DNA of 64,000 nucleotides, taken from NCBI GenBank assembly GCA_965140705.1, contig OZ223300.1:96001-160000 (forward strand), given 5' to 3'. Every line of letters begins with the position of its first letter. Positions within the stretch are counted from its first letter, which is position 1. Made by a program: the position numbers and the translations under genes. Origin of the DNA: an uncultured Arcobacter sp. (lineage in GTDB: Bacteria > Campylobacterota > Campylobacteria > Campylobacterales > Arcobacteraceae). Of the stretch, positions 20,774 to 33,462 are shown in pieces. Below the pieces are notes generated by a model. The model had not been told where the DNA came from and searched no databases. It saw only the letters and a program-made list of their open reading frames with translations.

Positions 20774-21431
20774 AAAAGTACTACTTATAGAAGATGATTT
20801 GCAAATGCAAAGTTTGATAAGTGATTATCTAAAAGATTATCACTTTGATTGTACATCATTTGCAAACCCAAAAGATGCCCTTGATGAATTTAGCAAAAAT
20901 CAAGATTTTTCTATTGCCATATTAGATTTAATGTTGCCAACAATGGATGGTTTTGATTTATTTAAAAAATTAAAACAGATAAAAGATATACCTATTATCA
21001 TTTCATCTGCCAGAGGTGATATTGGAAATAAAATACATGGCTTTGAGTTAGGGGTTGATGATTATTTAGCAAAACCTTACGAACCAAGGGAATTAGTACT
21101 TAGAATAGAGTATATTTTAAAAAAATACTCAAGTAAAAAAATAGAAATTGGTGCTTTTGAAATAAATAAAGAAAACAGAGAAGTAATAGTTGACAATTTT
21201 CCAGTTGAATTTACAAAAATAGAGTTTGAGATTTTTCTTTTTTTAATAGAGAACCTAAATAAAATCTCTTCAAGAGAACAAATACTTCATGCCACGTCAC
21301 TAGATCCAAATACAAAAAATAGAACAATAGATATGCACATATCAAATATAAGATATAAAATTGGTGATGACTCAAAAAACCCAAAATACATAAAGTCTGT
21401 TTGGGGTGTTGGTTATAAGTTTGTGAGTTAA
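20766..21431 (+). CDS. OmpR-family response regulator
   Basis: IEDD, LDLMLP, SARGD, KPY, SVWGVGYK. Confidence 0.95.
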   Translation: MNRKVLLIEDDLQMQSLISDYLKDYHFDCTSFANPKDALDEFSKNQDFSIAILDLMLPTMDGFDLFKKLKQIKDIPIIISSARGDIGNKIHGFELGVDDYLAKPYEPRELVLRIEYILKKYSSKKIEIGAFEINKENREVIVDNFPVEFTKIEFEIFLFLIENLNKISSREQILHATSLDPNTKNRTIDMHISNIRYKIGDDSKNPKYIKSVWGVGYKFVS

Positions 21432-21432
21432 G

Positions 21433-22626
21433 ATGAGTATAACAAAAAAGATCTCCATATTATTTATCATAAGCCTTATTCTTATGAGCATAATTGGATA
21501 TTGGATAGATAGTATAAATTCACAAAGAATAGATAGCCTAATAAAAGATAAATATTTAAAAATAGCAAATGAGATTTATCAAAATATAGATAATACAAGT
21601 TTAGTAAATCAAATAATCAAAGATTATAAATTAAAACCCATCAAAAAAAATGAAACAAAAGAAGAGAAGATTTTATACACTGAAGCTCACACTTTTGGCT
21701 CTATTTCTATATTTCAAAAGGGCTTTGATGATGAGCTTATTCTTCATATAAAATATCTTGAAGATGAATATATTTTAAAAACTCAAGATGAAAAAAATCT
21801 AAATGAAAAACTTACATTAAATATTTTGGTTTTTCTTGATGTTTTTGTTTTACTTCTTATTTTTTTATATATTATAAAACTACTCTCTCCACTTAAAAAA
21901 ATCACCAAAGAGATAGAGAGCTTTTCAAAGGGTGATTTAAGTGCAAGAATTAAAATCAAATCAAATGATGAGATTGGAAGATTAGCAAATACTTTTAATA
22001 AAATGGCAAATAATTTAGAAGAGTTAATTAAAACAAGAGAAGCCCTACTTAGAGATATTGGACATGAGTTAAGAACTCCAATTGCTAAGGGTAAATTTGC
22101 CATAGAAAAGATTGATAACTTTTCACAAAAAGAGCTTTTAAAAAAGATATTTTCTGATTTAGAAATTTTGACGAATGAGTTAATAGAACTTGAAAAACTA
22201 AACTCATCAAAACTAGATATTACAAAATTTAGTGCTGAGACTTTGATTTTAGAAGCATTAGATAAACTATATATAAATGATGAAACAAAAATAAATTTAA
22301 TAATAGAAGATGATTTTAAAATAGAAGGTGATTTAAATTATCTATGCATTACTTTAAAAAATTTAATTGATAATGCCCTTAAATATGCAACTTCATTACC
22401 TATAATCATAGAAGCTAAGAATCAAACTATCTTCATAGAAAACAAAGGTGAAAAGTTATCAAAAGAGTTAGAGTATTATTTAAAACCATTTACCCAAGAG
22501 TTAGTTCAAAGAAATGGTTTTGGATTGGGGCTTAGTATTGTTGATAAGATTTTAAATAGACACTTCTTAAAACTTGAATATGAACACAAAAATAAAAGCA
22601 ATATTTTTAAAATCAACTTCAAATAG
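21433..22626 (+). CDS. Sensor histidine kinase (ArsS/RacS-like)
   Basis: Two TMs, HAMP, DIGHELRTP, NLIDNALKY, GFGLGL. Confidence 0.93.
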   Translation: MSITKKISILFIISLILMSIIGYWIDSINSQRIDSLIKDKYLKIANEIYQNIDNTSLVNQIIKDYKLKPIKKNETKEEKILYTEAHTFGSISIFQKGFDDELILHIKYLEDEYILKTQDEKNLNEKLTLNILVFLDVFVLLLIFLYIIKLLSPLKKITKEIESFSKGDLSARIKIKSNDEIGRLANTFNKMANNLEELIKTREALLRDIGHELRTPIAKGKFAIEKIDNFSQKELLKKIFSDLEILTNELIELEKLNSSKLDITKFSAETLILEALDKLYINDETKINLIIEDDFKIEGDLNYLCITLKNLIDNALKYATSLPIIIEAKNQTIFIENKGEKLSKELEYYLKPFTQELVQRNGFGLGLSIVDKILNRHFLKLEYEHKNKSNIFKINFK

Positions 22627-22673
22627 AAAATTTAGTATAATCCATAAAAATAAAATAAAAGAGTTATTAAAAA

Positions 22674-23279
22674 ATGACAGCCCTACAAATTGCAGACATC
22701 ATAGGAATAATTTGCTTCGCAGCAAGTGGCTTTTTAATTGCTGTGCATTATAACTTAGATATTTTAGGAATAGTTATCTCATCTTTCTTAACTGCCCTTG
22801 GTGGAGGAATGATTAGAGATACAATTGCAAATAAAACTCCATATATCTTCATAGATACACTTCCTGTAACACTTGTAATAGGAACAGTTTTTTTATCTCT
22901 TGCTTTTAAACTTCATAAAATAGCAGATTTTGAAGGTAAAACAGCTTTTATAATTTCTGATGCTATAGGTTTAGTCTCTTTTGCCATAACTGGCTCTATT
23001 ATAGCTATTGAAAATGAGTTCAATTTTTTGGGTGTTTTAATTTTAGCCTTTCTAACAGCTGTTGGAGGAGGAACAATTAGAGATATTCTAATAAATAGAG
23101 TACCATCAATACTTGTAAGTGAATTCTATGGAACAGTTGCAATAATAGTTGGTTTAGGTATGTATATTTTACAATTATTTGATGAAAGAAATATTTTTAA
23201 TATTACAATACTATTTATTATTGGTGTTCTTTTAAGATTGATAGCTTATTATAAAAAGTGGTCTTTACCAAAGTTATAA
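22674..23279 (+). CDS. TRIC/UPF0126 (YadS-like) membrane protein
   Basis: Duplicated TALGGGMIRD / TAVGGGTIRD motifs. Confidence 0.9.
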   Translation: MTALQIADIIGIICFAASGFLIAVHYNLDILGIVISSFLTALGGGMIRDTIANKTPYIFIDTLPVTLVIGTVFLSLAFKLHKIADFEGKTAFIISDAIGLVSFAITGSIIAIENEFNFLGVLILAFLTAVGGGTIRDILINRVPSILVSEFYGTVAIIVGLGMYILQLFDERNIFNITILFIIGVLLRLIAYYKKWSLPKL

Positions 23280-24200
23280 ATCTACTATAACTTTATTTTT
23301 ACCACTCTCTTTTGCAGTATAAAGTGCTTTATCTGCTCTATTAATTGTTGATTCAATATCTTTATCAAGTTGAGCATCAAATTGGGCCACACCCAAACTA
23401 AGAGTAAAGTTAAACTTTTTAGCTTTTACTTCCACAAAAAAATCTTCAACATTTTGTCTAATATTCTCTGCTACACTTTGGGCAAAGGCTAAAGAAGTAT
23501 TATATAAAAGAATTACAAACTCTTCTCCACCGAATCTAGCTACAATATCACTTTTTCTACAATTATTTTCTAATATTCTTGAAAGGGAAACTATAACTTT
23601 ATCCCCAACAGAGTGACCATAAGTATCATTTATATTTTTAAAATTATCAACATCCAAAATAATAATTGAAATGTGATGATTATTTCTAATAGAAAGACTT
23701 TGCATCGTAGTAGCTGCTTCTGTAAAATATCTTCTATTATATAATTGAGTAAGTGGATCTTTACTAGAGAGTTCTTTTAACTCTTCGTTTAATTTTTTTA
23801 ATCGTTCACTTGACTCATGGAGTTTCGTATGGTCATAAATATATAAACAAACTAATCTTTTTTCCAAATCATAAGGTACTAAGGTAACATCTTGTCTCAT
23901 ATATTTAAAGACTTTCCCCATTATACTATTTGATTTAATTTTAATTAGATACTCATGTGGTTCTACACTAAAAAATGAGCTGCTTTTTGTTATAAGAACT
24001 GATTTTATTTTTCTTACTAATTTTTTTCTATCTATATAAGAAAATTTTTCGCAAATATCATGATCAACTATTTCACTTGCTTTTACACCTGTTTTAACTT
24101 CAAGCCACTTATTCCAAGCTTTTATATTTAGATTTTCATCTAAAATTATTATCCCATTATCAATTGTGTTAAAAATAATATTGTTATTTAAAAATTCCAT
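23274..24200 (-). CDS. PAS-domain diguanylate cyclase
   Basis: N-terminal PAS, DPLTQLYNRR, RKSD I-site, RFGGEEF. Confidence 0.93.
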   Translation of the reverse strand: MEFLNNNIIFNTIDNGIIILDENLNIKAWNKWLEVKTGVKASEIVDHDICEKFSYIDRKKLVRKIKSVLITKSSSFFSVEPHEYLIKIKSNSIMGKVFKYMRQDVTLVPYDLEKRLVCLYIYDHTKLHESSERLKKLNEELKELSSKDPLTQLYNRRYFTEAATTMQSLSIRNNHHISIIILDVDNFKNINDTYGHSVGDKVIVSLSRILENNCRKSDIVARFGGEEFVILLYNTSLAFAQSVAENIRQNVEDFFVEVKAKKFNFTLSLGVAQFDAQLDKDIESTINRADKALYTAKESGKNKVIVDL

Positions 24201-24818
24201 TTAAATCTCATCCATTATTTTATCTAATGCACTTTTCATAAATCCTATAGAATCATCTCTTAGCATCATAATTAATTCACTGTGTATATTTTGAACTTCA
24301 AATTCTATTAGAGTTGAGATAATTATTATATGATTATATTCTACATGATAATGTTCTTCTAAATTTTGGGCAGACTCTACTATTTTCACATCAGGTGGTG
24401 AAAATAAGATATCCGTCTCTATTAGTTCAGCTAGTTTACTAGAAGTAGTTGAAGAGATAATATTTGTAATTTCTAAAACTACATCTTTTAATTCATCTTC
24501 ATTTATATCTGATTCATTTAAATCAAATTCTAAAGCTAAATTTTTTAGTGAACTTTCATCAATTAAAAAAAGATTTTCCCCTGAAAGTTTTCCATCAATT
24601 AATTGACTAACTAAATAACAAGCAGGATAGTGTTCCACTTTTTCTTGGATATAATCCTTAAAGTCATTACTTGATAAAGTGACAATTTTAGGAATACTAA
24701 GGTTTGCAAATTTTCCAATAATATCTGCAATAGCTGCTGTTGCAGAACCATAAGATATATTCATCAACTCTTGTAAACAATCTTTTTGATCATCACTAAA
24801 ACAGTTGCTGTCGTTCAT
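24201..24818 (-). CDS. CheC-family phosphatase
   Basis: Two ExxN motifs (QELMNI, LEITNI) and FSPP. Confidence 0.85.
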   Translation of the reverse strand: MNDSNCFSDDQKDCLQELMNISYGSATAAIADIIGKFANLSIPKIVTLSSNDFKDYIQEKVEHYPACYLVSQLIDGKLSGENLFLIDESSLKNLALEFDLNESDINEDELKDVVLEITNIISSTTSSKLAELIETDILFSPPDVKIVESAQNLEEHYHVEYNHIIIISTLIEFEVQNIHSELIMMLRDDSIGFMKSALDKIMDEI

Positions 24819-25183
24819 TATAAAACCTTTAATTTTAAAAGAATTTGTTTAAGATTTTCTTCATTAATCGGTTTTTTAATAAACCCTAGTGCTCCATTTT
24901 CTTTTGCTTTTGCTTTTGATGCTTCTTGAATATCTGCACTCACTACAATTATTTTTGCATTTTTGTCAATTTTACATATTTTTTCTACTGCATCAAAACC
25001 ATTCATCTCAGGCATCGTTAAATCCATAAAAGTAATAATAGGAGATACCTCTTCATAGAGTTTTATAGCTTCTAAGCCATTAGTTGCTTCAAAAACTTCT
25101 ATTTCGTCACCAACTAAATTTTTTAAATCCTTAATTAGCATTTTTCTTGCCATTTTAGAATCATCACAAACTAAATATTTCAT
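24818..25183 (-). CDS. Single-domain CheY-like response regulator
   Basis: VCDDS, FMDLTMPEMNG, KKP. Confidence 0.92.
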   Translation of the reverse strand: MKYLVCDDSKMARKMLIKDLKNLVGDEIEVFEATNGLEAIKLYEEVSPIITFMDLTMPEMNGFDAVEKICKIDKNAKIIVVSADIQEASKAKAKENGALGFIKKPINEENLKQILLKLKVL

Positions 25184-25238
25184 TATTTCTCCAAAACGAT
25201 TATTAATTTATTATAGGAAAAATAGTATTAAATACTAC

Positions 25239-25814
25239 TCAACTTAACAATTTTTTAAATGCTTTTATGATAGCTTTTTTCTCTAAATTTTTAATTTTTT
25301 CTTCTAAAGTTTCTATATTTTCATCATTTGATAAGGAAATTTTTTCTTGAATTATATATTTTCCTTCATCATAATTTTCATTTACAAAATGTATTGTACA
25401 ACCAGATTCTTTTTGTTTTTCTTTTATTACAGCTTCATGTACAAATCTTCCATACATTCCTTTACCACCGAACTTTGGTAATAATGCAGGATGAGAATTT
25501 ATGATTTTATTTGGGAAGTTTTTTAAAAGATTTTTTTCGATTTTTTTCATATAGCCTGATAAAAATATATAATCAACTTTGAACTCAAGCATTAGTTTAG
25601 TAATTTTTTCATCAAGGTTTTCATTTGGATATTTTTTTGCATTTACAACAAAATTTGGAATATAATTTTTTGATGCTTTTTGTAACACTTTTGCCTCTTG
25701 GTTATTAGATATCACTAATACCACTTGTGCATTTAAAGTTTTGTTTTCACAAGCTTCTAAAAGTGTATCAAAACCACTTCCATTGTGTGAAGAGAGTATT
25801 CCAATTCGTTTCAT
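25239..25814 (-). CDS. purN: Phosphoribosylglycinamide formyltransferase
   Basis: LSSHNGS, INSHPALLPKFGGKGMYG, GCTIHFVNENYDEG. Confidence 0.93.
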   Translation of the reverse strand: MKRIGILSSHNGSGFDTLLEACENKTLNAQVVLVISNNQEAKVLQKASKNYIPNFVVNAKKYPNENLDEKITKLMLEFKVDYIFLSGYMKKIEKNLLKNFPNKIINSHPALLPKFGGKGMYGRFVHEAVIKEKQKESGCTIHFVNENYDEGKYIIQEKISLSNDENIETLEEKIKNLEKKAIIKAFKKLLS

Positions 25815-25870
25815 TTATTATCCTAATATTTCATAAAAGCGAATTATAACAACTTTACTTTAAACTAATC

Positions 25871-26752
25871 TCATGCTTTTTTTCCTTTATTTATTAAAAA
25901 TACTCCTAAAAATATAAATCCTGTAGCAATAATATCAATTAATTTAATATCTTCTCCCACAATAAATATTGCAATAATAAGTGCAACCACAGGAGGAATA
26001 TATGTAATTGAAGAAGCCTTTAGTGCTCCTAGTTTTTCAATCATATAATAATAAATAATATAAGCTAATCCCGTACCTAATAATCCTAAACCAATAACCA
26101 AACCAAGTGCACTATGTGTATCTTGCCAAATATTATTTATTCCATCAAAATCTGTAATAAATAGTAAAATCAAAACACCAAAACCTAATTGATAAGTAGT
26201 AAGTGCTTGGGCTTTTAGTTTTAAAGGCATAACGTACTTTTTAGCATAAATAAATGATGCTCCCACACTAAGTGATCCCAAAACCATATAAAGCATTCCT
26301 TCCATACTAGAAGCCATAATATTTTCATTAAATACATCACTTATTAGAATAACTCCTAAAAATCCTATAAAAACACCTAAAAAAGCCAATTTTGTAATTT
26401 TTTCTTCTTTTAGAAAAATTGCTGCTAATAAAAATGAAAAAAGAGGAATTGAGCCACTTAAAGCTCCTGCAACTCCAGATAAAAGTAAAGCACACCCTTT
26501 TACAAATCCAAAATAATAAACAACAGTTGCAAGTAAAGACATAACAATAAAATGAAAACTATATTTAAAATCTTTTAGTTTCAAACTTTTTGTATAAAGT
26601 GCATATAAAAATACTGGAATAAATCCAAATAAAACCCTGAAAAAAACAACTTGCATAGGGGAAATATAATCAGCTGCCATCTTCATATAAATAAAATTAC
26701 TTCCCCAAATAATTCCTAAAGCCCAAAAGGCAATAATTGCTAAATTTTTCAT
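25871..26752 (-). CDS. DMT/EamA family transporter
   Basis: IWGSNF start, ten TMs, two EamA repeats. Confidence 0.9.
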   Translation of the reverse strand: MKNLAIIAFWALGIIWGSNFIYMKMAADYISPMQVVFFRVLFGFIPVFLYALYTKSLKLKDFKYSFHFIVMSLLATVVYYFGFVKGCALLLSGVAGALSGSIPLFSFLLAAIFLKEEKITKLAFLGVFIGFLGVILISDVFNENIMASSMEGMLYMVLGSLSVGASFIYAKKYVMPLKLKAQALTTYQLGFGVLILLFITDFDGINNIWQDTHSALGLVIGLGLLGTGLAYIIYYYMIEKLGALKASSITYIPPVVALIIAIFIVGEDIKLIDIIATGFIFLGVFLINKGKKA

Positions 26753-27222
26753 TTTAATCTTTGTGCATGAGTTAAGGCAATTGCAATTGCATCTGTGATA
26801 TCAAGAGGTTTTATCTCTTTTTTTATACCTAATAATCTTTTTACCATAAAAGCCACTTGTTCTTTTGCCGCTTTTCCATTTCCAGTAACTGCTTTTTTAA
26901 CTTGTAAAGGAGTGTATTCAGAAAAATTTCCAAATTTTTGTAAAATTTTTAAAGATATGGCACCTCTAAATTGAGCAAGTTTAATAACACTTTTTGGATT
27001 GAAAGCATAAAACATATCTTCTATTGCTACTTCACTTATTTCATGATTTGAAAAAATCAAATCTAAGCCTTCAACCATTTCAACTATTTGCTCTTGTAAA
27101 ATTTTACTTTTTATTTTTATTAATCCAGCTTCACAAAGTCTTAATTCTCTATTATTTTTTTCTATAACTGCATAACCACAATTTATAGTTCCTGGATCAA
27201 TTCCTAATATCTTTTTTTTCAA
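26749..27222 (-). CDS. ruvC: Holliday junction resolvase
   Basis: [36 protein letters not shown]. Confidence 0.97.
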   Translation of the reverse strand: MKKKILGIDPGTINCGYAVIEKNNRELRLCEAGLIKIKSKILQEQIVEMVEGLDLIFSNHEISEVAIEDMFYAFNPKSVIKLAQFRGAISLKILQKFGNFSEYTPLQVKKAVTGNGKAAKEQVAFMVKRLLGIKKEIKPLDITDAIAIALTHAQRLK

Positions 27223-27421
27223 CTGTTCACATATCCTTAAAAAATCTATTCACTTACTAAAAGAGTGATATAATGGTAAAAACTTTATAAATTTTCACTT
27301 AAATTGTAAAGTTATTCAAAAGTTATTCACTACTTATTCAACATAATTTTTATTATATCTTAGTTTTTAAAATATTTTAGATATAATATCTACCAATCAA
27401 ATAAAAAAGAGTTTATATTTA
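27223..27421. other. oriC1, upstream half of the bipartite replication origin (DnaA-box cluster)
   Basis: ruvC-dnaA intergenic region; CTATTCACT 27246 and TTATTCA(A/C) at 27312, 27323, 27334. Confidence 0.8.
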
Positions 27422-28735
27422 ATGACAACAAAAGAGATTTTATCAGTTTTAAAAAATGAAACATCAAAATCAGACTATGACAGATACCTAAAACAACTTG
27501 TATACAAAAAAATTTCATCTGACGATAACATAGCTATTTTTGAAGTTCCAAACAAATACATTGCAAACTGGATAAAAAGTAAATATTCAAAAATCATTCA
27601 ACACTGTATTGAGACAATAGATGGTACTAAGCCAACTGTTGAGATAAAATTAACTGGTGAAAAAAAGACAAAAAAAGAGATATTAAAAGAACAAGTTGGA
27701 AAATCAGATGTGGAAAGTACTATTTTAAATCCATCATATACTTTTGATTCTTTTGTAGTTGGTTCATCAAATCAAATGGCTTTTAATGCTTCCCTTGCAG
27801 TTTCAAAAAAACCAGGTATTCAATACAATCCATTATTTATTTATGGTGGAACTGGTTTAGGTAAAACTCACTTGCTTCAAGCAATTGGAAATGATGCAAT
27901 AGAGCATGGTAGAACAATTATTTATGTTACAATTGAACAGTTCATGAATGACTTTACTTTTGCAATTAAAAACAAAAATATGGAACACTTTAGAAGTAAA
28001 TATAGAAAATGTGATGTTTTACTAATCGATGATATTCAATTTTTAAGTGGAAAAGAACAAACCCAAGAAGAGTTCTTCCACACTTTTAATGAACTTCATA
28101 ATGCTGAAAAACAAATTGTTATGACTTCAGATAGACTTCCATCTCAAATAGCTGGACTTGTGGATAGACTAAAATCAAGATTTGAATGGGGTCTAACAGC
28201 TGATGTTCAAATACCAGGATTAGAGACAAAAATAGCAATTATTGAAAAGAAATCTGAATTAAATGGTATTCATTTAGATAGGGAAATAGTAAATTATATT
28301 GCTACAAACCTTGATAACTCTATTAGAGAAATAGAGGGTGTACTAATTAGAATAAATGCTAGTGCAGCCTTACTTAACCAAGAGATTAACTTACCTATGG
28401 TACAAAATCTTTTAAAAGAGCAAATTAAAGAAACAAAAGAAAATATAAAACTTCCTGATATAATAACAATCGTTGCAATAGAACTTAATATTAAACCAAG
28501 TGATATTAAATCTAAAAAAAGAACAGCAATTGTTGCAAATGCAAGAAGAATAGTGATATATTTAGCAAGAGAGTTAACACACAACTCTATGCCAGATATT
28601 GCTAAGTTTTTAGGTATGAAAGATCATAGTTCAATTTCTCATAATATTAAAAAAGCAAATGAGTTAATTGAAAAAGATGAAAATTTCAAACTTATAATAG
28701 AAAATTTAAAAAATAAAATCATAAATAGAGGGTAG
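27422..28735 (+). CDS. dnaA: Chromosomal replication initiator
   Basis: YNPLFIYGGTGLGKTHLL, LLIDDIQF, KDHSSI. Confidence 0.99.
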   Translation: MTTKEILSVLKNETSKSDYDRYLKQLVYKKISSDDNIAIFEVPNKYIANWIKSKYSKIIQHCIETIDGTKPTVEIKLTGEKKTKKEILKEQVGKSDVESTILNPSYTFDSFVVGSSNQMAFNASLAVSKKPGIQYNPLFIYGGTGLGKTHLLQAIGNDAIEHGRTIIYVTIEQFMNDFTFAIKNKNMEHFRSKYRKCDVLLIDDIQFLSGKEQTQEEFFHTFNELHNAEKQIVMTSDRLPSQIAGLVDRLKSRFEWGLTADVQIPGLETKIAIIEKKSELNGIHLDREIVNYIATNLDNSIREIEGVLIRINASAALLNQEINLPMVQNLLKEQIKETKENIKLPDIITIVAIELNIKPSDIKSKKRTAIVANARRIVIYLARELTHNSMPDIAKFLGMKDHSSISHNIKKANELIEKDENFKLIIENLKNKIINRG

Positions 28736-28896
28736 GTGTAGAAAAGTTTCAAAACGTTATGTGAATAGGTGTGAATATCTTTAATCTTTTTATCACTCTT
28801 CCTAGAGCTGATATAATAGAGTTATTTCAAGAGTTTTCATCTATTCACATAGTCTACTACTACCACTAAATTAAAATAATAAATAAAGGGGATAAC
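28736..28896. other. oriC2 with DnaA boxes, DnaA-trios and AT-rich unwinding element
   Basis: TGTGAATAG 28760, TGTGAATAT 28770, CTATTCACA 28841, CTACTACTAC 28854-28863 (TAG trios on minus strand), then AT-rich tract. Confidence 0.85.
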
Positions 28897-29967
28897 ATGA
28901 GATTTATCATTGCTAAAAATATCTTTGAAAATATAATCTCTTCAATGCAACCATTTTTAGAAAAAAAAGATTCTAGTTCTATTACTTCACATATATATTT
29001 AGAAGTAATAAATTCTAAATTAATATTAAAAGCTACAGATTATGAAATTGGATTAGAATCTTATGTTAATGATATTGAAGAATCAACAGATGGAAAAGGT
29101 ACAGTTAATGGAAGTAATTTATTAGGTATCATTAAAAGATTAAAAAATGACAAAATTATTGTTGAAACTATAGATAACAATTTAGTTATAAAACAAAATA
29201 GATCAACTTTTAAATTACCTATGTATGATGCAAATGAATATCCTAATTTAATTATGAATACTGAATTAAATATATTAAATATTTCAACAATTAGTTTAGT
29301 AAATAGTATAAGAAAAATTACACCTGCAATTGATAACAATAATCCAAAATTTGAATTAAATGGTGCTTTAATTGATATTAAAAATTCTAAAATAAATTTT
29401 GTAGCAACAGATACAAGAAGACTTGCTATTTCTCATTTACAAAATATTTCGAATAATGAATCACAATTTATTATTCCTAAAAAAGCAATCATAGAAATTC
29501 AAAAACTATTTTTAGATGATGCAAAAATATCTTATGATGATACAAATTTAGTAGTAGAAACTGATAATTCTAAATTTTTCACAAAATTAATAAACGGAAA
29601 ATTCCCAGATTATGAAAGAATTATTCCAAATAGTTTAAAATATAATTTAACATTACCAAAAGCTGTTTTAATAGATTCTATTAAATTAGTTACATCTTTA
29701 TTTTCAAATATCAAAATTACATTTTCTCCAAATTCTATGGTATTTGAATCTTTAGATGAAGATACAGAATCTAAAACTCAAATTGATATTGATTTAAATA
29801 TTAGTGAAAATTTTTATTTAGCAGTAAATGCTAAATATTTATTAGATTTTTTAAGTATGTCAAATAATGAAAATGTTGTAGTTGGATTCAATGAATCTAA
29901 TTTACCATTTTATTTAGAAGATGATAAATTTTTTACAATTGTAATGCCAATTGTGTTAGACAAATAA
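28897..29967 (+). CDS. dnaN: DNA polymerase III beta clamp
   Basis: ATDYEIG, ATDTRRL, GKFPDY, VMPI; follows dnaA. Confidence 0.98.
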   Translation: MRFIIAKNIFENIISSMQPFLEKKDSSSITSHIYLEVINSKLILKATDYEIGLESYVNDIEESTDGKGTVNGSNLLGIIKRLKNDKIIVETIDNNLVIKQNRSTFKLPMYDANEYPNLIMNTELNILNISTISLVNSIRKITPAIDNNNPKFELNGALIDIKNSKINFVATDTRRLAISHLQNISNNESQFIIPKKAIIEIQKLFLDDAKISYDDTNLVVETDNSKFFTKLINGKFPDYERIIPNSLKYNLTLPKAVLIDSIKLVTSLFSNIKITFSPNSMVFESLDEDTESKTQIDIDLNISENFYLAVNAKYLLDFLSMSNNENVVVGFNESNLPFYLEDDKFFTIVMPIVLDK

Positions 29968-29980
29968 AAAAGGATAATTA

Positions 29981-32295
<2,315 letters not shown>

Positions 32296-32298
<3 letters not shown>

Positions 32299-32418
32299 AA
32301 GTTTATCTTTTATCCAATCTCTGCGTTGGAGGAGTAATTTTACTCCTCACGTACTTTTAGTACGCTCCTTCGCAAAATTATTCCCCCGCCTTGACCTTGA
32401 AGAAAATATAAACTTTTA
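32296..32418. mobile_element. ~123-bp imperfect palindromic element (ERIC/MITE-like)
   Basis: Terminal inverted repeats TAAAAGTTTAT...ATAAACTTTTA; GC-richer core with hairpins GAGGAGTAA-TT-TTACTCCTC and CGTAC-TTTTA-GTACG. Confidence 0.6.
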
Positions 32419-32454
32419 AAAAATTAATAATAATTTATTTTTATAAGAAGAAAA

Positions 32455-32958
32455 ATGAAAAAACTAAAATACCTTGAACACTATCCTAAAGATATAATCT
32501 TACAAATACAAAAGCTAATAGATAATAAAAAGCTGGATAAGTATTTGTTAAATAAATATAAAACTTCCCATGAGTATAAAAATGATAAAGCCCTCTACTC
32601 TTATGCTATGGATTTTAAAAATAGCTATTTGAAAAAGTCACTTCCTCTTAGTAAGGTGATTTATGATGGAAAGATAAATGTTATTAATGATGCTTTGGGT
32701 TTACATACTATTATTTCTCGAGTTCAAGGTGGGAAGTTAAAAAGTAAAAATGAGATACGAATAGGAACTTTGTTTAAAAATGTTCCAGAAGAGTTCCTTA
32801 GAATGATTGTAGTGCATGAATTAGCCCACTTAAAAGAAAAAGAACATGATAAGGCCTTTTATAGTTTATGTTGTTTTATGGAGCCTAATTATCACCAATT
32901 TGAATTTGACCTAAGAGTTTATCTTACATATATGGATTTATATGGAAAACTTTATTAA
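32455..32958 (+). CDS. YgjP/M48-like zinc metallohydrolase
   Basis: MIVVHELAHLKEKEHDKAFY (HExxH plus downstream His). Confidence 0.9.
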   Translation: MKKLKYLEHYPKDIILQIQKLIDNKKLDKYLLNKYKTSHEYKNDKALYSYAMDFKNSYLKKSLPLSKVIYDGKINVINDALGLHTIISRVQGGKLKSKNEIRIGTLFKNVPEEFLRMIVVHELAHLKEKEHDKAFYSLCCFMEPNYHQFEFDLRVYLTYMDLYGKLY

Positions 32959-33041
32959 TATATAACAATCTGCAATAAAATCAATCCTAATAAAAAATTT
33001 ATCTTATACTTCCTCAAATATATCAAAGAGGACATTACAAA

Positions 33042-33434
33042 ATGAATATATGTGGAATAGAATTAAAAGCAAACCAAACAATCTTAGCAGTACAAATAGA
33101 TGGTGAATATAAAGATTTAAAAACAAAAAAGATTGTTTTAGAAGATGATGAGAAACAAGAATCAATAAGAAGTTATTGTAATGATTTATTAGTATTTTTA
33201 ACTGAAAACAATATTGAACAAGTCTATATTAAAAAAAGAGCAAAAAAAGGAAACTTTGCAGGTGGTGCAGTTACTTTTAAAATGGAGAGTTTAATTCAAT
33301 TAAATCCAAAATGTAAAGTTGATTTAGTATCAGCTCAAGCTATGGGAAGTTATGAGAGAAAAAATAGTATTGAATATCCAGAAACTTTAAATAAATATCA
33401 AGAACAAGCTTATTTGACAATTTTAACTTCTTAA
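33042..33434 (+). CDS. DUF3010 family protein
   Basis: MNICGIELKA start and KKGNFAGGAVTFKME motif. Confidence 0.75.
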   Translation: MNICGIELKANQTILAVQIDGEYKDLKTKKIVLEDDEKQESIRSYCNDLLVFLTENNIEQVYIKKRAKKGNFAGGAVTFKMESLIQLNPKCKVDLVSAQAMGSYERKNSIEYPETLNKYQEQAYLTILTS

Positions 33435-33462
33435 CTTTATTTTTGACTAAAGTCTATTTTAT

